Of a stretch of 64,000 bases of DNA, positions 14,901 to 26,668 are shown in pieces. A model generated the notes under the pieces. It searched no databases. It was not told the origin of the DNA and was given only the letters and a program-made list of their open reading frames with translations. The stretch's first letter is position 1, and each line of letters begins with the position of its first letter. The stretch covers positions 3,288,001 to 3,352,000 of the forward strand of contig CM119373.1 in the NCBI GenBank assembly GCA_051294905.1, written 5' to 3'. The position numbers and the translations under genes were made by a program. Source of the DNA: Botryllus schlosseri (lineage: Eukaryota).

Positions 14901-17900
14901 TCAAGTCATTTTAGAAAAGTGACTCGAGTCAAGTCAAGTCATTCGAAAAAGGTGACTCGAGTCGGACTCGAGTCAAGTCGTGACTCGAGTCATCCCAGCA
15001 CTGCTACACACTCTAAGCTGTGATACATCAGTGACGTCGGGTCAGGGTAGATATAAGTAAAGATGAGTGAACGAAAATTGTGAAACATTCAATTACTATT
15101 GGTATTTTCTGTCTGTGTTCATGAATGACAAGATTTCGAACATTTTTCTCCCAAAATTACTCAATTTGGACATTTATTGTTCGAAAATATAGCGCGAAAC
15201 GTGAGTTGAGGCACTGACGGGCCAAGCCTCACCATTGGTAACGCAATTCATCGTAAATAGCTTACAATGTATTATAACTGATCTTAATCGAATGTAACTG
15301 TAACGATTCCGAAAATCTAAATACTGGTCGACTTCTCAATTCTCAGACTATTCGGTGGTAACATATAACGTTGCGCTACGCGCCTACATTTTATCGCGGG
15401 TACTAACGGAGCTACTTACCAATCGCGAACGTGGATAGCTATGACGTTGTCTGTAATTTGAGTTTATAATAGTGAATGTAACGTCCACGGCAGTGTTGGG
15501 ATCAAGTCACTACCTTCGAGTCACGAGTCATCTCGAGTCATCGCACATTTTGACTCGAGTCAAGTCAAGTGAATCGATTTTCAAAGGTGACTCGAGTCAA
15601 GTCAAGTCAGTCGTTTTTTGGAGGTGACTCGAGTCAAGTCAAGTCAAGTCAAGTCACGAGTCAAGTCACAATTCAAGTCAAATTGAATTTTCGAAGTATG
15701 AGTGATCATTCAAATTCATTATATTTTACTAGCTGTGTTAAAGAGATCAATTTGTCATTGATCTTGAATCAAATAACGAATATAAAGTTAAATATTCATG
15801 CAAAAATGCGTTGTATCGCTCACGCACACGTAAAACTGCTAATAAAATAAGAAAGTAACTCTATAGCTACATCAGGGGTGTCAAACATACGATCCGCCAA
15901 ATGATTTCATTCGGTCCGCGAAAACATTCTGAGTATAGGTTGAAAAATTTTATCCAACACATTTCTCGAATTTGTAGTAAGAAATACTAATAACAAATAG
16001 TCCTTCAATATAGCAAATTTCGAGTATGTTCATTGTTCATAGACCACATTATAACAACCCGACAGCGGAGTTGTGATTGTAGTTATCGTCAGGAGAAAAT
16101 CGTTGACATTAACACCCAATTCCGAGAATGCGAAAAAGTGCATATATTGAGTTAAGAGTTGGTAATATTTTGGAATCATTTGACTGGTGCGGCCCGCGAG
16201 TGATCTGTATATTTGAATTCGACCCGCGGCGTCAGTTGAGTTTGACAACTCTGAGCTACATGCTACATTCTCTTATTATCAGCCAAAATATAGGATCGAA
16301 TACGAAGCCTCGAGAAGCTGAACGAAATTGATATCGTACAATACACTAGCCATCTATACACATCCGTGAGGATATAAATGCATAAAATATATTTGTTAGA
16401 TTTAAATCATACAAGAGGGTTGGTAAAGGTGAGCGACGTGCAATGTAAGGACAGAGCCGTCCAATAACCAGCGATACTTTGCTGTTAAATTAATCTGCTA
16501 CTACGACAACGCAAGCTGTGATCATTTCGTATGGGTCAGTGTATTTGTGATGTAACAATGTAGTATTAGTGAAACGTACAATCAGTGAATGACTGGTTGC
16601 TCTCAAAAGTTACAACGGCGTGTCGTGAATAATCCGAAAATGCACAAAATACATTGATTTAGTCGATACCGTTTACTTGATGACTCGAAATTGACTCGTA
16701 AATTTTGCTCCGAGTCACGAGTCAATCCACATTTTTGAAGCGCCGAGTCAAGTCAAGTCAAGTCATTTTTGCAAAGTGACTCGAGTCAAGTCAAGTCATT
16801 CGAAAAAGTTGACTCGAGTCTGACTCGAGTCAAGTCATGACTCGAGTCATCCCAACACTGGTCCACGGCAGTTCATTTCGCGCCGTAGACCAGGAAGACA
16901 GTGCTATTTGAAATCTGCATCGTCATATCGTGATAAGTCAACGTATCGTACAATCCAAGATTTCGAGTCGGGTACATCGAATTCGCGAGTGATATTGGTC
17001 GTCGGCGCGACAGCAACTTAAATTCGAGGATTTTGAAGAGTGGTCCGAGCCCCTAAACCTGGAGGCAGCATTGTCTTTACCTCTGTAAAGAGGATGATTA
17101 TTCTGGTTGTGATGAAAATTTACCAACAAGTTGCTGCAATATTGATCAATTCCGTACAAAGATAAATATTTGGCAAAAAGCCATGTCTTCTACCCAAAAG
17201 AGTCATATATGACTCGCGAGCTATAGGTTCCCGACCACTGCTCAATGTGCTTTGTAGTCAGAGGTGGTAGGAAGACATTACCAGAGGTGGTCAAAGTAGT
17301 CAAGAAAGCTACTCAAGTAGAAGTAGAAGTAGCGACGAAATAATCTACTCAAGTACGAGTAGAAGTACTTCTTCCATAAGCAACCTAAAACTACTTGAAG
17401 TAGAAGTAGAAATTACTAACTTTAAAAGTACTCAAGTAAGTAAGTAGTTGTGAAAACGATCCTAATTCGTTCGCATGGATTGTAAAAAGGTGCAAATTGA
17501 GCTATGCGAAAGGTGACCAGCTTGATTCATATTGATGCATACCAGCAGGTATCCAGTTTACGATAGCATAAGCATTCGTCCACATCATAGGATGAAAATG
17601 ATAGTATTGTTATGGAAATGCGATACTTATCCTCTGTTTTCTTGAACAGTACGTTTTAGAAAATAACATGGTATGGCGCCATCCCCCATATTATAAGGCC
17701 CGTAGTTTAGTCGAAGAACAATACGGAGAAGTTGTATAGGATACGGTGTGAACACTTTGCGCGATTAGTAAACATTGATAAAAATATGGGGGACCGTAAA
17801 AAAGCTGTATTGTGTAGCTTTATTTCCGGAAATTAAAGGCATTACTACACTTGCTTTTATACTTCAACATGTATTTTATCCAGACAAAAGAACTGATAAT

Positions 17901-19037
17901 TATAACTCAAAGTATATGATACTGGGAATTGAAAATAAAACAATACTACTTCTAAAAGCGAAACACGTTTTTCATGCCTTCAGTCCAGAAAGTTTCAAAG
18001 GCGGCATGCTAAAACAGCACTAAAACTAACAAAAATGTCAGAGTTCACTTTTCCAGGTTATGACGTGCCATGGACATGCTAGATTACGATATGGCAAGTA
18101 AATGATAGATTGCGAAAAATCAGTTTCAAACGATATGATGAGCCATATGTACTGTGATGAATTATTTCATATGGGCGAAGGGCGACAATGTGGTGTGAAC
18201 GCAGGGATATCTAGTTCTAGATATCCCTGTGTGAACGGAATCACGCCAACCCGCTACCTAAATTATATTCATCGATACTTTCGTGAAATCATACTGGTAA
18301 CGCCGCATCCACTGCGCGCGAAGCGCGACGAAAATTCTGGGCTTTACTTAACTTTTATGAAAATTAAATGTGGATGCTCCATGAAAACAGCCCCGAAATT
18401 CCTCAGGCTATATTCCTGATTGGAAGATTGAACTACTTCTACTTGACAAACTGAAAATAGCGAAAAGTAAGTAAGTAGATCACAAAATATTACGAAGTAG
18501 AAGTAGAAGTAGCGAAAATCAGCTCTACTTGAGTAAGTACCAGAAGTAGAGGAAAACTACTTGAGTACTTCGAAAAAGTAGAAGTACTTCGTTACTGACC
18601 ACCTCTGGACATTACTCTTAAAATTTCGTAGGGTGAACTGTCTAAATCGCCAGTTCCACCTCCGTCATCAAGGGGAATCTTGCAATTTAGGAAGCCTGGA
18701 CCGGCCTGACCCCAATATATATCTTCAAACTACAAAGGCCTACTTCAGTAGGCTATTTCCCGAAACTCGTGTTTCCGGCTTCAACTTAGAGTCGTTCTGA
18801 CATGCCATGATAATCGCTATTCCTAGATGCAGGTCTACTTGAGTCTAAATTCAGTGCTTTGACCAATTCGGTCGGTAGTTAGTATCTTCACGCTTGTAAT
18901 TTGTAATTTAAGGAAATTTGGCCGATTTCAAGCAACTGCGGGGCGGAGTGCGATTCGTGAGCTCGATCCCGAAGTCGCCGACTGGGAAAATAGAGAGAAT
19001 CAAGCTGAAGAAAATGTCGGCAGTTGTACCGCCATAG
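2968..19037 (+). CDS. Firefly-luciferase/4-coumarate-CoA-ligase-like AMP-dependent acyl-CoA synthetase (ANL superfamily), 5'-partial. Exons 2968-3178, 3235-3341, 4459-4528, 5562-5694, 5763-5919, 6254-6422, 9986-10086, 10148-10219, 12090-12245, 13417-13579, 18913-19037
   Basis: All introns are GT-AG and phases join into one 487-aa frame. Motifs in order: SITYREL, P-loop YSSGTTGPPK, DLSSL, AGAP, GYAMTE, GEIRVRSPQVTKGY, GWLRTGDMG, RIKEVIKYK, SPAELE, GEIPIAFVV, LRGGVRFV, PKSPTGKI. Stop TAG at 19035-19037; AATAAA near 19163. The first exon (about 50 aa expected) was not identified. Confidence 0.93.
3802..4057 (-). mobile_element. Hammerhead-bearing Penelope-like/retrozyme-like repeat with inverted tail (core mutated GAAA to GAUA)
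   Basis: Flanked by 14-bp direct repeat TTCCAGTGTGAATT (3788-3801, 4058-4071). Shares body with copies near 31.9, 41.4, 42.5, 50.5 and 51.7 kb. Confidence 0.7.
4805..5137 (-). mobile_element. tRNA-derived SINE with an internal inverted duplication
   Basis: A-box-like TAGCGTAGTTG head and short (AAC)n tail. Homologous to the split copy at 7074-9038. B-box replaced by a palindrome arm. Confidence 0.7.
6708..9342. mobile_element. hAT-like non-autonomous element hosting nested insertions
   Basis: Termini CAGTGCTT...AAGCACTG; TSD CTGTAAAG / CTGTAGAG (7 of 8). Confidence 0.75.
7074..9038 (-). mobile_element. tRNA-derived SINE interrupted by two insertions
   Basis: 12-bp TSD TCTCAAAGCCTT (7062-7073, 9039-9050). 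(AAAC)n tail at about 7074-7090. A-box TAGCGTAGTGG and B-box GGTTCGAGTCC at about 8700-8755. Confidence 0.78.
10367..11762. mobile_element. hAT (Charlie-like) non-autonomous element
   Basis: Termini CAGTGGTCAGGAACC...GGTTCCCGACTACTG; perfect 8-bp TSD CTATACGG. Confidence 0.88.
14101..15003. mobile_element. hAT MITE family A (GACTCGAGTC/CAAGT subterminal repeats), copy 1
   Basis: TIR CAGTGTTGGGAT...ATCCCAGCACTG; TSD CTACCCAC / CTACACAC. Confidence 0.88.
15491..16860. mobile_element. hAT MITE family A, copy 2 (contains 15873-16253)
   Basis: Same TIR; perfect TSD GTCCACGG; empty site visible in the paralog near 11387. Confidence 0.9.
15873..16253. mobile_element. Charlie-like hAT MITE
   Basis: CAGGGGTGTCAAAC...GTTTGACAACTCTG; perfect TSD AGCTACAT. 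Confidence 0.88.
17282..18607. mobile_element. hAT MITE family B (AGTAGA/TACTCAAGTA subterminal repeats)
   Basis: TIR CAGAGGTGGTCA...TGACCACCTCTG; perfect TSD GACATTAC. Related fragments near 11785, 45480-45570 and 52073. Confidence 0.9.
18202..18229. mobile_element. 28-bp micro-MITE
   Basis: CAGGGATATCTAG-TT-CTAGATATCCCTG with perfect TSD TGTGAACG; siblings at 8916-8943 and 56446-56479. Confidence 0.8.
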
Positions 19038-19469
19038 GCATACCGTGCACACTTTTACAGCGGTGTTTCTAATTCACACATATACGTTTTGCGTCTCCAC
19101 CGTCCATCATCGAAAACGAAGTCGGCCGTATCGGATTTGATGAATTCGCTCGTTGCCACGACAATAAACATGATCATTGATCGCGAGCAGAAAAGTAGTC
19201 AGCGGTTCAGAGATACAGTAGCCTAGCAGAGCCGCGAGTGCATAGCATATTTCGAGAATTCCACAGCGGTCTGATTCTGTTCAAGCGCGCTGAGCAAAGC
19301 AACTTGAGGCAGCGCTGGGAGCGATAGAGTTGAAGTCTAACATAACATAACATCGTTGGGTTATATTTTTGTCTGAACAAGTCACACACAATGTACGGTG
19401 CGATAAGACACAATGCGATATCGTGAACAGATAGGAGGATGTCGAACGACACGCATCAGTAGCGATCCT

Positions 19470-19718
19470 TTACTCTAACATCCACCTCGGCCTAGAGTGC
19501 CCGATGTCCCAGTTCTTTTCGATGTTGATCTTTTTTGAAGCCGCGGCCCCTTTCTACTAGTTCTTTCCATTCCTTGTGAGTGTTTCATTTCGCCGGGTCT
19601 TGTTCTGGGCTTTTTGTCGCCGCAAGGACGGCAACGGTGGGGGAAGAGGAGCCCAGATAAACCTCCGACGGGAATCGAACCAATCTGGCGAGCGCTTATC
19701 GTTACCACTGCGCTGTCT
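19470..19718 (-). mobile_element. Second tRNA-derived SINE-like element (3' end uncertain)
   Basis: Minus-strand A-box CAGCGCAGTGG (19705-19715) and B-box GGTTCGATTCC (19671-19681), with no full cloverleaf, followed by a GC-rich body. Confidence 0.5.
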
Positions 19719-21293
19719 TCAATATGAATATATTTTTAATTATATATTGAAGTTCTGTACCGCTGAGCAGACTTGGACAAGATATTTCTAATGTAATTTC
19801 TGGTTTTCCTGAGCATGTTACAGAAGAACTGTAGCCTATAGTGCGAAAGGAACGAAGCTCGCTGTACTTGCCGTTCTCATGCTTTTGAGAATGAGCTCAC
19901 CAGGGCTTTGGAGCCGGAGCCCCGGAGCCGTGCATTTTCAGCGGAGCTCTACATAAAATTCAGGTGGAACCGGAGCCGGTTGTTTGGACGGTAGGTCCGG
20001 CTCCGAATTATTTCATAAGATGCTTGTGCTTTTACTAATGGTTGAATTCACATAATCTTACGATAATCGTTCACAAGATTAAGACATCTTTCCTCGTTGG
20101 CACTACATTTTCCAACTAACCAGTAACCATGTTCAATGTTCTTACATAGGCACCAAACCTGGGTGCTTAATCCGCGCTTAATCCGTAATTACTTGATCAC
20201 GGGTAATACCCGCTATTTCGTTTTCAGCACAACAACGATGGCCGATTGTGTGGTTCGAAAAAGAATAAAAACCATGCATGTCGCAAAACGGGATGCCTTA
20301 TGTGAGCTGAACAATTTACCTTATTAGTAATGTAATGAGACGAATATATAAGCGACGCCAGAGAATAAAAACGTGATCTTGTCGCACAATTCGATTTGGA
20401 GGCGCTCATGCCGCACGCCAAGAAACATCGTGTCTATTCTGAATTGGATGAGCAAATGCACGACCTTGGTTGATAGTTTTTTTAATCGTAGCGTCAAAGT
20501 GGACAGTGTGTTATCGTTTATGCCTGCGAATTGAAATTCATTCCAGCGTACGATCGTTTACTCCAGTAGCGATTTTGGCACGTAAATAGGGAAATGCATC
20601 GAAGCAGCCCTGATCACTATATTGTCGCGATGCGAGCCAGTCAATGGCCACGCCCTGGTGTTGAGTATAAGAGGGCAATCAGTGATTAAATGCGCGCTTT
20701 CCAATTTGTAAACGTCAAGTTTGCGTATTTATTCTTGTCGGCTAGATATACTCGTATTCTTGAATTGTCGCGCAATGTCACTTGCGAGCATGCAGTTTAA
20801 TTGGTTACTGACTTGTACGACTTACGTACATGTACACTGTACACAGTTTTACACTATACAGTGTACGGAGTTGCAGGGTTCCAGGTTCATTGAACTTTCT
20901 AATATTGATGCAACACCAGGTTCTCAGTGGCACTAATTCTGAGTTTATTCGATTCGTTTTGAAGGGGAACCTATATTCCACTAAAGTTAATCGATGACGG
21001 ACGGACCGGTAACGAACGCACCAATATCGAATCTCAAACCATTGGGTATATTAGGTAAAAAGTAGATTTCTTCTGATAAGGTCGCGACATGCGCTCATCT
21101 CTCCAGTTACAATTGAACAAATCGCACCATTTCAAGGTTAAATTGGACATGTGTGGCTTGATATTAACGAGCGCAGTACCGGTATTAAAACGTCATGCCA
21201 CCGTTTTAACGCTAAGCAATGTGCAGGACTGCGTGCAATGGCATGGAGTATAAAATGCGTTCTCGTGCGGATATGACGTCATCGACAGACGAC

Positions 21294-22238
21294 CAGTGTT
21301 GGGATCAAGTCACTGACTTCGAGTCACGAGTCATTTCGAGTCCTTGCACATTTTGACTCGAGTCAATTCAAGTCAATCAATTTTCGAAGGTGACTCGAGT
21401 CAAGTCAAGTCACTTGATTTTTGGAGGTGACTTGAGTCAAGTCGAGTCAAGTCAAGTGAAGTCACGAGTCAAGTCACAATTCAAGTCAAGTTGCGTTTTC
21501 GAAGTATGAGGCATGGTTACGTCATTGCATTTTGAAAGCTGTCTGAAAAGATTGAGTGGTCATTGATTTTGAACCGATGAACGAATATAGAGTTAAGTGT
21601 AGACGCAGGATTGCGCTGTATCGGTCACATATACGTAGAACTGTTAAATTACGTAACTAATCGCATAGACTCAGTTTATAGTTACCCACCAAAATAGAGA
21701 ATAGAGAAACGAATTGAGAAGAAGCAATACATTAGCCATTTACAAATTGATATGATACAATTCGAGCCTGCGCCAATCATTGATAAGTATATAAACTATA
21801 ATAGAATTCAATTTCAATAAAACAGGAGGTTTGGTTAAGGAAACAACAGAGAACAGAAAGAGACATTTTGCTATTAAATTACTTTACTATACTAGTTTAC
21901 GGCAGCGTAAGCTGTAAGCTTCGATCACATCGTTTGCGGTCAATTTATTTGTGAGAGAACAATGGAGGCTCAGCAAAACGCACGAGCATTGAATGATTAG
22001 TCGCTCTCACGGGTTACACCAGCGTTTGGCGAACAATCCGAAAATATGCAAGATATACAGAGGTTTTATCTGCGCCGATTACTTGATGACTTGAAATTGA
22101 CTCGTGAATTTTGCTCCGAGTCACGAGTCAATCCACATTTCTGATACGCCGAGTCAAGTCAAGTCAAGTCATTTTAGCAAAGTGACTCGAGTCAAGTCAA
22201 GTCATACGAAAAAGGTGACTCGAGTCATCCCAACACTG
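21294..22238. mobile_element. hAT MITE family A, copy 3
   Basis: TIR CAGTGTTGGGAT...ATCCCAACACTG; perfect TSD CAGACGAC; collinear with 14101-15003. Confidence 0.9.
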
Positions 22239-22424
22239 CAGACGACACGAAGTAATTATCACGTCACAGGACTTTGCATACCCCCATAAAATGACGGTTC
22301 CTTGCGACGCCTACAACCGAACTATAGTTGCCGGAGCAATGCTTATCAATGAGCTCCGGAGCTAATTTATGATAAAAGAAAACTCCGGAGATGGAGCAGT
22401 TTAAAATTTACGACTGCTCCAAAG

Positions 22425-23053
22425 CAATGTTCCCTCTAATTTTTGAAGAGTCTGCGCACACTTACCAACTCACTGCGCAGACTCTCGGACAATAGTGCGT
22501 AAAGACTAAAAAAAAGGTCATCACTTCGGATTTTTTGTGCGCAACTAGGATTTTCTGTGCGCAGATACCAGAGATGAGCGGATTTGAAATTTCTATGTCC
22601 TAATCCAATCCAAATCCGAACCTTCAAATCCAAATCCAAAACCTAATCCATAACTTTTTCATATTCAAGTCCATGTCCAATCCTAATCCGATTCCAACTG
22701 GAAATTCAGAAAAAATACTAATTTATGTAATGGAGGGATTCGAAAATTTTCTTTCACAACCAACGATTCACTTGATTCAAGATAACTTAGTAACTATAAG
22801 TACATTAATAACTGATCTGAATAAAGTTTGTCGCCATTCGCCACACGACATTTCAATCTCCCAGAAAATAGGTAAATCCAATCCAAATCCTAATCCGTTC
22901 CGAAAAAAATGTCTAATCCAAATCCAATCCAAATCCGACAAAATTTCACAAATCCTGTTTTTTCAAAACCTAATCCTAATCCATGCTCATCTCTGGCAGA
23001 TACCATGTCATCACTGCGCATTTGCGCACGTGCGCAGCTTAGAGGGAACATTG
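22425..23053. mobile_element. hAT MITE (CAATGTTCCCTCTAA TIR, TGCGCA repeats)
   Basis: 15-bp TIR; TSD CTCCAAAG / CTCCAAAA. Confidence 0.85.
22569..22995. mobile_element. hAT MITE with AATCC subterminal repeats
   Basis: TIR CAGAGATGAGC...GCTCATCTCTG; perfect TSD GCAGATAC; inverted sibling at 23084-24286. Confidence 0.88.
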
Positions 23054-23248
23054 CTCCAAAACCCTGCTGAGACTAATCTAACCCAAAGATGAGCATGGAT
23101 TAGGATTTGGGAAAACCGGAGCTGTGAAATTTGTCGGATTATAATTGAATTAGGATTTCAGGTTTTTTTAATGGATTAGGATTGGATTTACCGATTTTCG
23201 GGGAGATTGATGTCCTGAGGCGCATGGCGACAAAGTTTTTCGTCCTAC

Positions 23249-23828
23249 CATAGATAACTAACCTACGGATAGATACGCAACAGCCGTCGTCACGCTTTAA
23301 TGCCCGGAGGAAATTACTGCTCAGCAATCAGAGTTCATCATAATTGCTAATCCCATAATAGCTGACGACCCGTGTGCTTAAATTCAATAAAGTTGATCTT
23401 ATTTGAAAGCTACTGTCGCACTGATTCCGAAAATATACATTAAGATCTAATCAGGGCAATGCAACTCCCTTGAAATACACCCAAAAGTCTGAAAATCGGC
23501 GTTGTTCTGAACAATCGCAACCACGCAAGGGCCATTGTTATGGTCATCGTGCTGCGTCGCTGCGATTGTTTAGAACAATGCCGATTTTCAGACTTTTAGG
23601 TGTATTTCAAGGGGGTTCCATTGCCCTGATTAGATCTTAATGTATATTTTCGGAATCAGTGCGACATTATTTTCCAAATGAGATCAACTTTATTGAATTT
23701 AAGCACGCCGGTCGTCAGCTATGGGATTAGCCATTATGTTGCGTTCAGATTGCTGAGCAGTAATTTCCGCTGGGCATTAAAGCGTGACGACAGGTGTTGC
23801 GTATCGATCCGTAGATTAGTTATCTATA
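23249..23828. mobile_element. Foldback element (arms about 270 bp)
   Basis: CATAGATAACTAA...TTAGTTATCTATA long imperfect palindrome flanked by direct repeat GTCCTAC. Confidence 0.8.
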
Positions 23829-23952
23829 GTCCTACCAAGGTGACTTTGCATGTACTTTGGCACTCATTATGCGTTTTAGTTCTTTTTACAGAATGATAGG
23901 CATAATATGTGGGCTTTCAAAGACGAATTCCGAGTTTATATCGAATTAGGAT

Positions 23953-24227
23953 CAGAGATGGGCGGATTCCAAAATTTCGGGATCCGAATCTATCCGGATC
24001 CGGCTGGCAATTGGAAATTCAGAGTCCGAAAAAATCCGGCTGGTGAATGTCCGGTTCGGAATCCGAAAAAATCCTGCCAGAACAATGCTAATTAATCATA
24101 TTGCAGCAAAAAAAATCCGGCTTAAATCCGACCGTCACCCCAAATTCAAAATCCGGATCCAGTCCGGCCCGGTAAAAAATCATTGAAATCCTGCTCCGGC
24201 TCCTGAACCGGACTGTGGCCATCTCTG
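23953..24227. mobile_element. hAT MITE with ATCCGG subterminal repeats
   Basis: TIR CAGAGATGG...CCATCTCTG; perfect TSD ATTAGGAT. Confidence 0.88.
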
Positions 24228-26319
24228 ATTAGGATACACAAAATTTCTGGATTAGGACATAGAAATTTCCAACTCGCTCATCTGTGACCTAGTCCCAGGA
24301 CCGTAACTGCCGTACCCTAACCCCCATGCCAAAAATCTTCATTATTGGGTACCCTTCCCCAAGAAGTACCCGAGAGCGCCCAAAAGAAGTGGAACCTCGT
24401 TCACTCAGCAAACACAATCGCCAAACGCGCAAATCGTCAATTCCATTTAATCCGTCAAAATACGATACACGAAAAAAGAATGAACATTTCTATATCATGA
24501 AAGAGTAAGTCACGACCAGCTCGAGTCACAGTCGCTATGTTGCTTGCCTCCGTAATGACCGCGTAACTAGTTAGTCATGGCAATTCGTTTCCGTTCCAAA
24601 TGAGTATGCAGGAATTCGACTGAGCAAACCTTGCCTTGTGGGTAGAGATATATGATATCTTGAACACAACAGGAGTACAGCACCCAGAAAACTACATTGC
24701 GCTGATGTTTGGTGTGCTACAAAGCGACACTTTAAGGTCACACGACTTCCTCGGGATACACAGTTCGTTTACAAATCGCATTTCATTACGAAGGCAAGCT
24801 TGTGTCTACTGCGAGACACCGCACAGTACACCGACACATTTAAAAGTACTTTTGCCCAATCGGCGGGCGAAAAGACACACACATCTTCACGACGTACTAA
24901 AATTGGCAGTTGAAGACAATCTAAAATAGATTGATGATAGATTATAATACAAATATCGTAAGAAAATCACAAGCTACACGGCTACTCAGCATTGTCTTTG
25001 GTGAAAATGCGCTAGGCTAATTGACGCAGTCTCGGTTTTCACAAACAATCGGGCATTTGTCAATGACTAGATCCATAAACCGAACTTTCTCAGCTTAAAC
25101 TAGCAATGTTGATAACTATGACACAGTTTTTTCATTGAAAAATTGGCATTACGGTGGAAAATAGTGAAATTCCTCGTGAAACTAATGAATTTATGTACCG
25201 ATTTGCCTCAAAAAGCCATTGCTTTTAGTTATTTGATCGGAACACATCTGAAATCTAACGATAGAATGAACTGTGGGATATGATTCAGCACGGGGTTGTT
25301 CAAAAATAGGTTTTTACCTCGAATTTTACAGTCTATAGATATGTGAGTTTGGTCAAAAAAAATTTGTTTAGCCCTTACAGTTTTGCTTCTAGAGTTTAGA
25401 ATTCAACCCAGTTTTTGAGTCATTATAACAATTTTATCGAACACCCATTAAATTGTTAAGAAAAAGTTACTTTAAAGAACACTATTAGACAAGTCTTAAT
25501 GTAACTTACGCCATGTCCCATTTATATCATCTGACTGTAATATCACACTTGGAAAAACACCAATTATAAATACTACACCAGATCTAGTATCATCATTCTT
25601 AATTACCAGGTTTGTAAGCAAGGTAAAAATGTGTGATATCACATTTAAACCATTGCGTTTTATCTAACACTAGATATTTGAATAACCAAGTCCAGCCCTG
25701 ACAATTAACTAAAACCAGATTAACAACTTACGCAAGCCATGAGTAAGTAGATCAGCAGGAACTTAAAGTCAGGAACCGCACATCACAAAATCGCTACTTA
25801 AATTGCCATTGGCACACGGATTTCATAATAAAACGAATGTATAACGGAAGATGTGTTTGGTATCGGGAAGTAGACAAGGAACCTTTCACGCATCAGCACT
25901 TCTAAATATCGAACAAACGACAGTGGATACTAATCTAAACACAACGTGAAAACTGCGCGACAAATATGATAGTATTCTAGCGCAAAACAATGTCTATTAT
26001 GATAATAGTATAAAACAAAGCAGCATCGAGGGTATAATAGCGAAAAAGCGATCAAATTCAAGCAATGCGTCATGCCAAGGCAAGAAATATATTAACATAC
26101 GCCTTGCGTTGTTGCCGCACAATATATTAATGTAACATGAGTCCGTGGGGTCGCTTTTGTATATGATAACCTTGGTCAAAATATAACAGGCTTACTAAAA
26201 GGCCTGCTTCATATAGATATATTTAGATCTGCGAATTTAATTTACGGTCATATTTTCAAAGTAGTTTAGTACGTTGAGTTATAATCTCTAATAATTGTCG
26301 GTAGTTATTGCTTTACTTT

Positions 26320-26668
26320 CAGGGCTGGGCAATATCGAGTATTCGAGAATCACTCGTTATGACGTCACGACAGTCAGCACGTGTTCCTTTTATGCGACCA
26401 CAAAGAATATTTCACTGGCCTCACTACGGTATCGATGATCTGTAGATAGTGTTTGGTAAACAAATCCGGAAATGTGCATTTTCCAAGTCAAACTGGACAT
26501 TATTTCCTTTCTAATTGTGCCCGAGATACAAATTTGAACCTTGTAATTCATTTTTACTGCGTAATAGGACGTGATGAATGGTACTCAATTACTCGGATTT
26601 TAATACTTGAATTTCAATACTCAATTCGGAATTAAATTGGTCGTGTACTCAATTGTCACCCAGCCCTA
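26320..26668. mobile_element. MITE with TACTC repeats downstream of the RFX stop
   Basis: AGGGCTGGG...CCCAGCCCT termini; TSD not recognised. Confidence 0.5.

Larger units (their letters stand above)
13603..17240. mobile_element. Second copy of the 10367-11762 family, expanded by nested insertions
   Basis: Termini CAGGGGTCAGGAACC...GGTTCCCGACCACTG; TSD CTCTATGT / CTCAATGT; collinear with the first copy outside the inserts. Confidence 0.85.
19901..23066. mobile_element. hAT-like element with GGAGCC subterminal repeats, hosting nested MITEs
   Basis: CAGGGCTTTGGAGC...GCTCCAAA(A/G)CCCTG; right TIR split by 22425-23053; TSD not clean. Confidence 0.65.

Noticed and set aside
2968..19037. Calling the ligase a true luciferase
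   Set aside because: Family motifs are shared with non-luminous acyl-CoA synthetases, so sequence alone cannot show light emission.
22600..22980. CCTAATCC/TTAGGA and TTAGA runs resembling interstitial telomere repeats
   Set aside because: Irregular, and confined within TIR-bounded MITEs.
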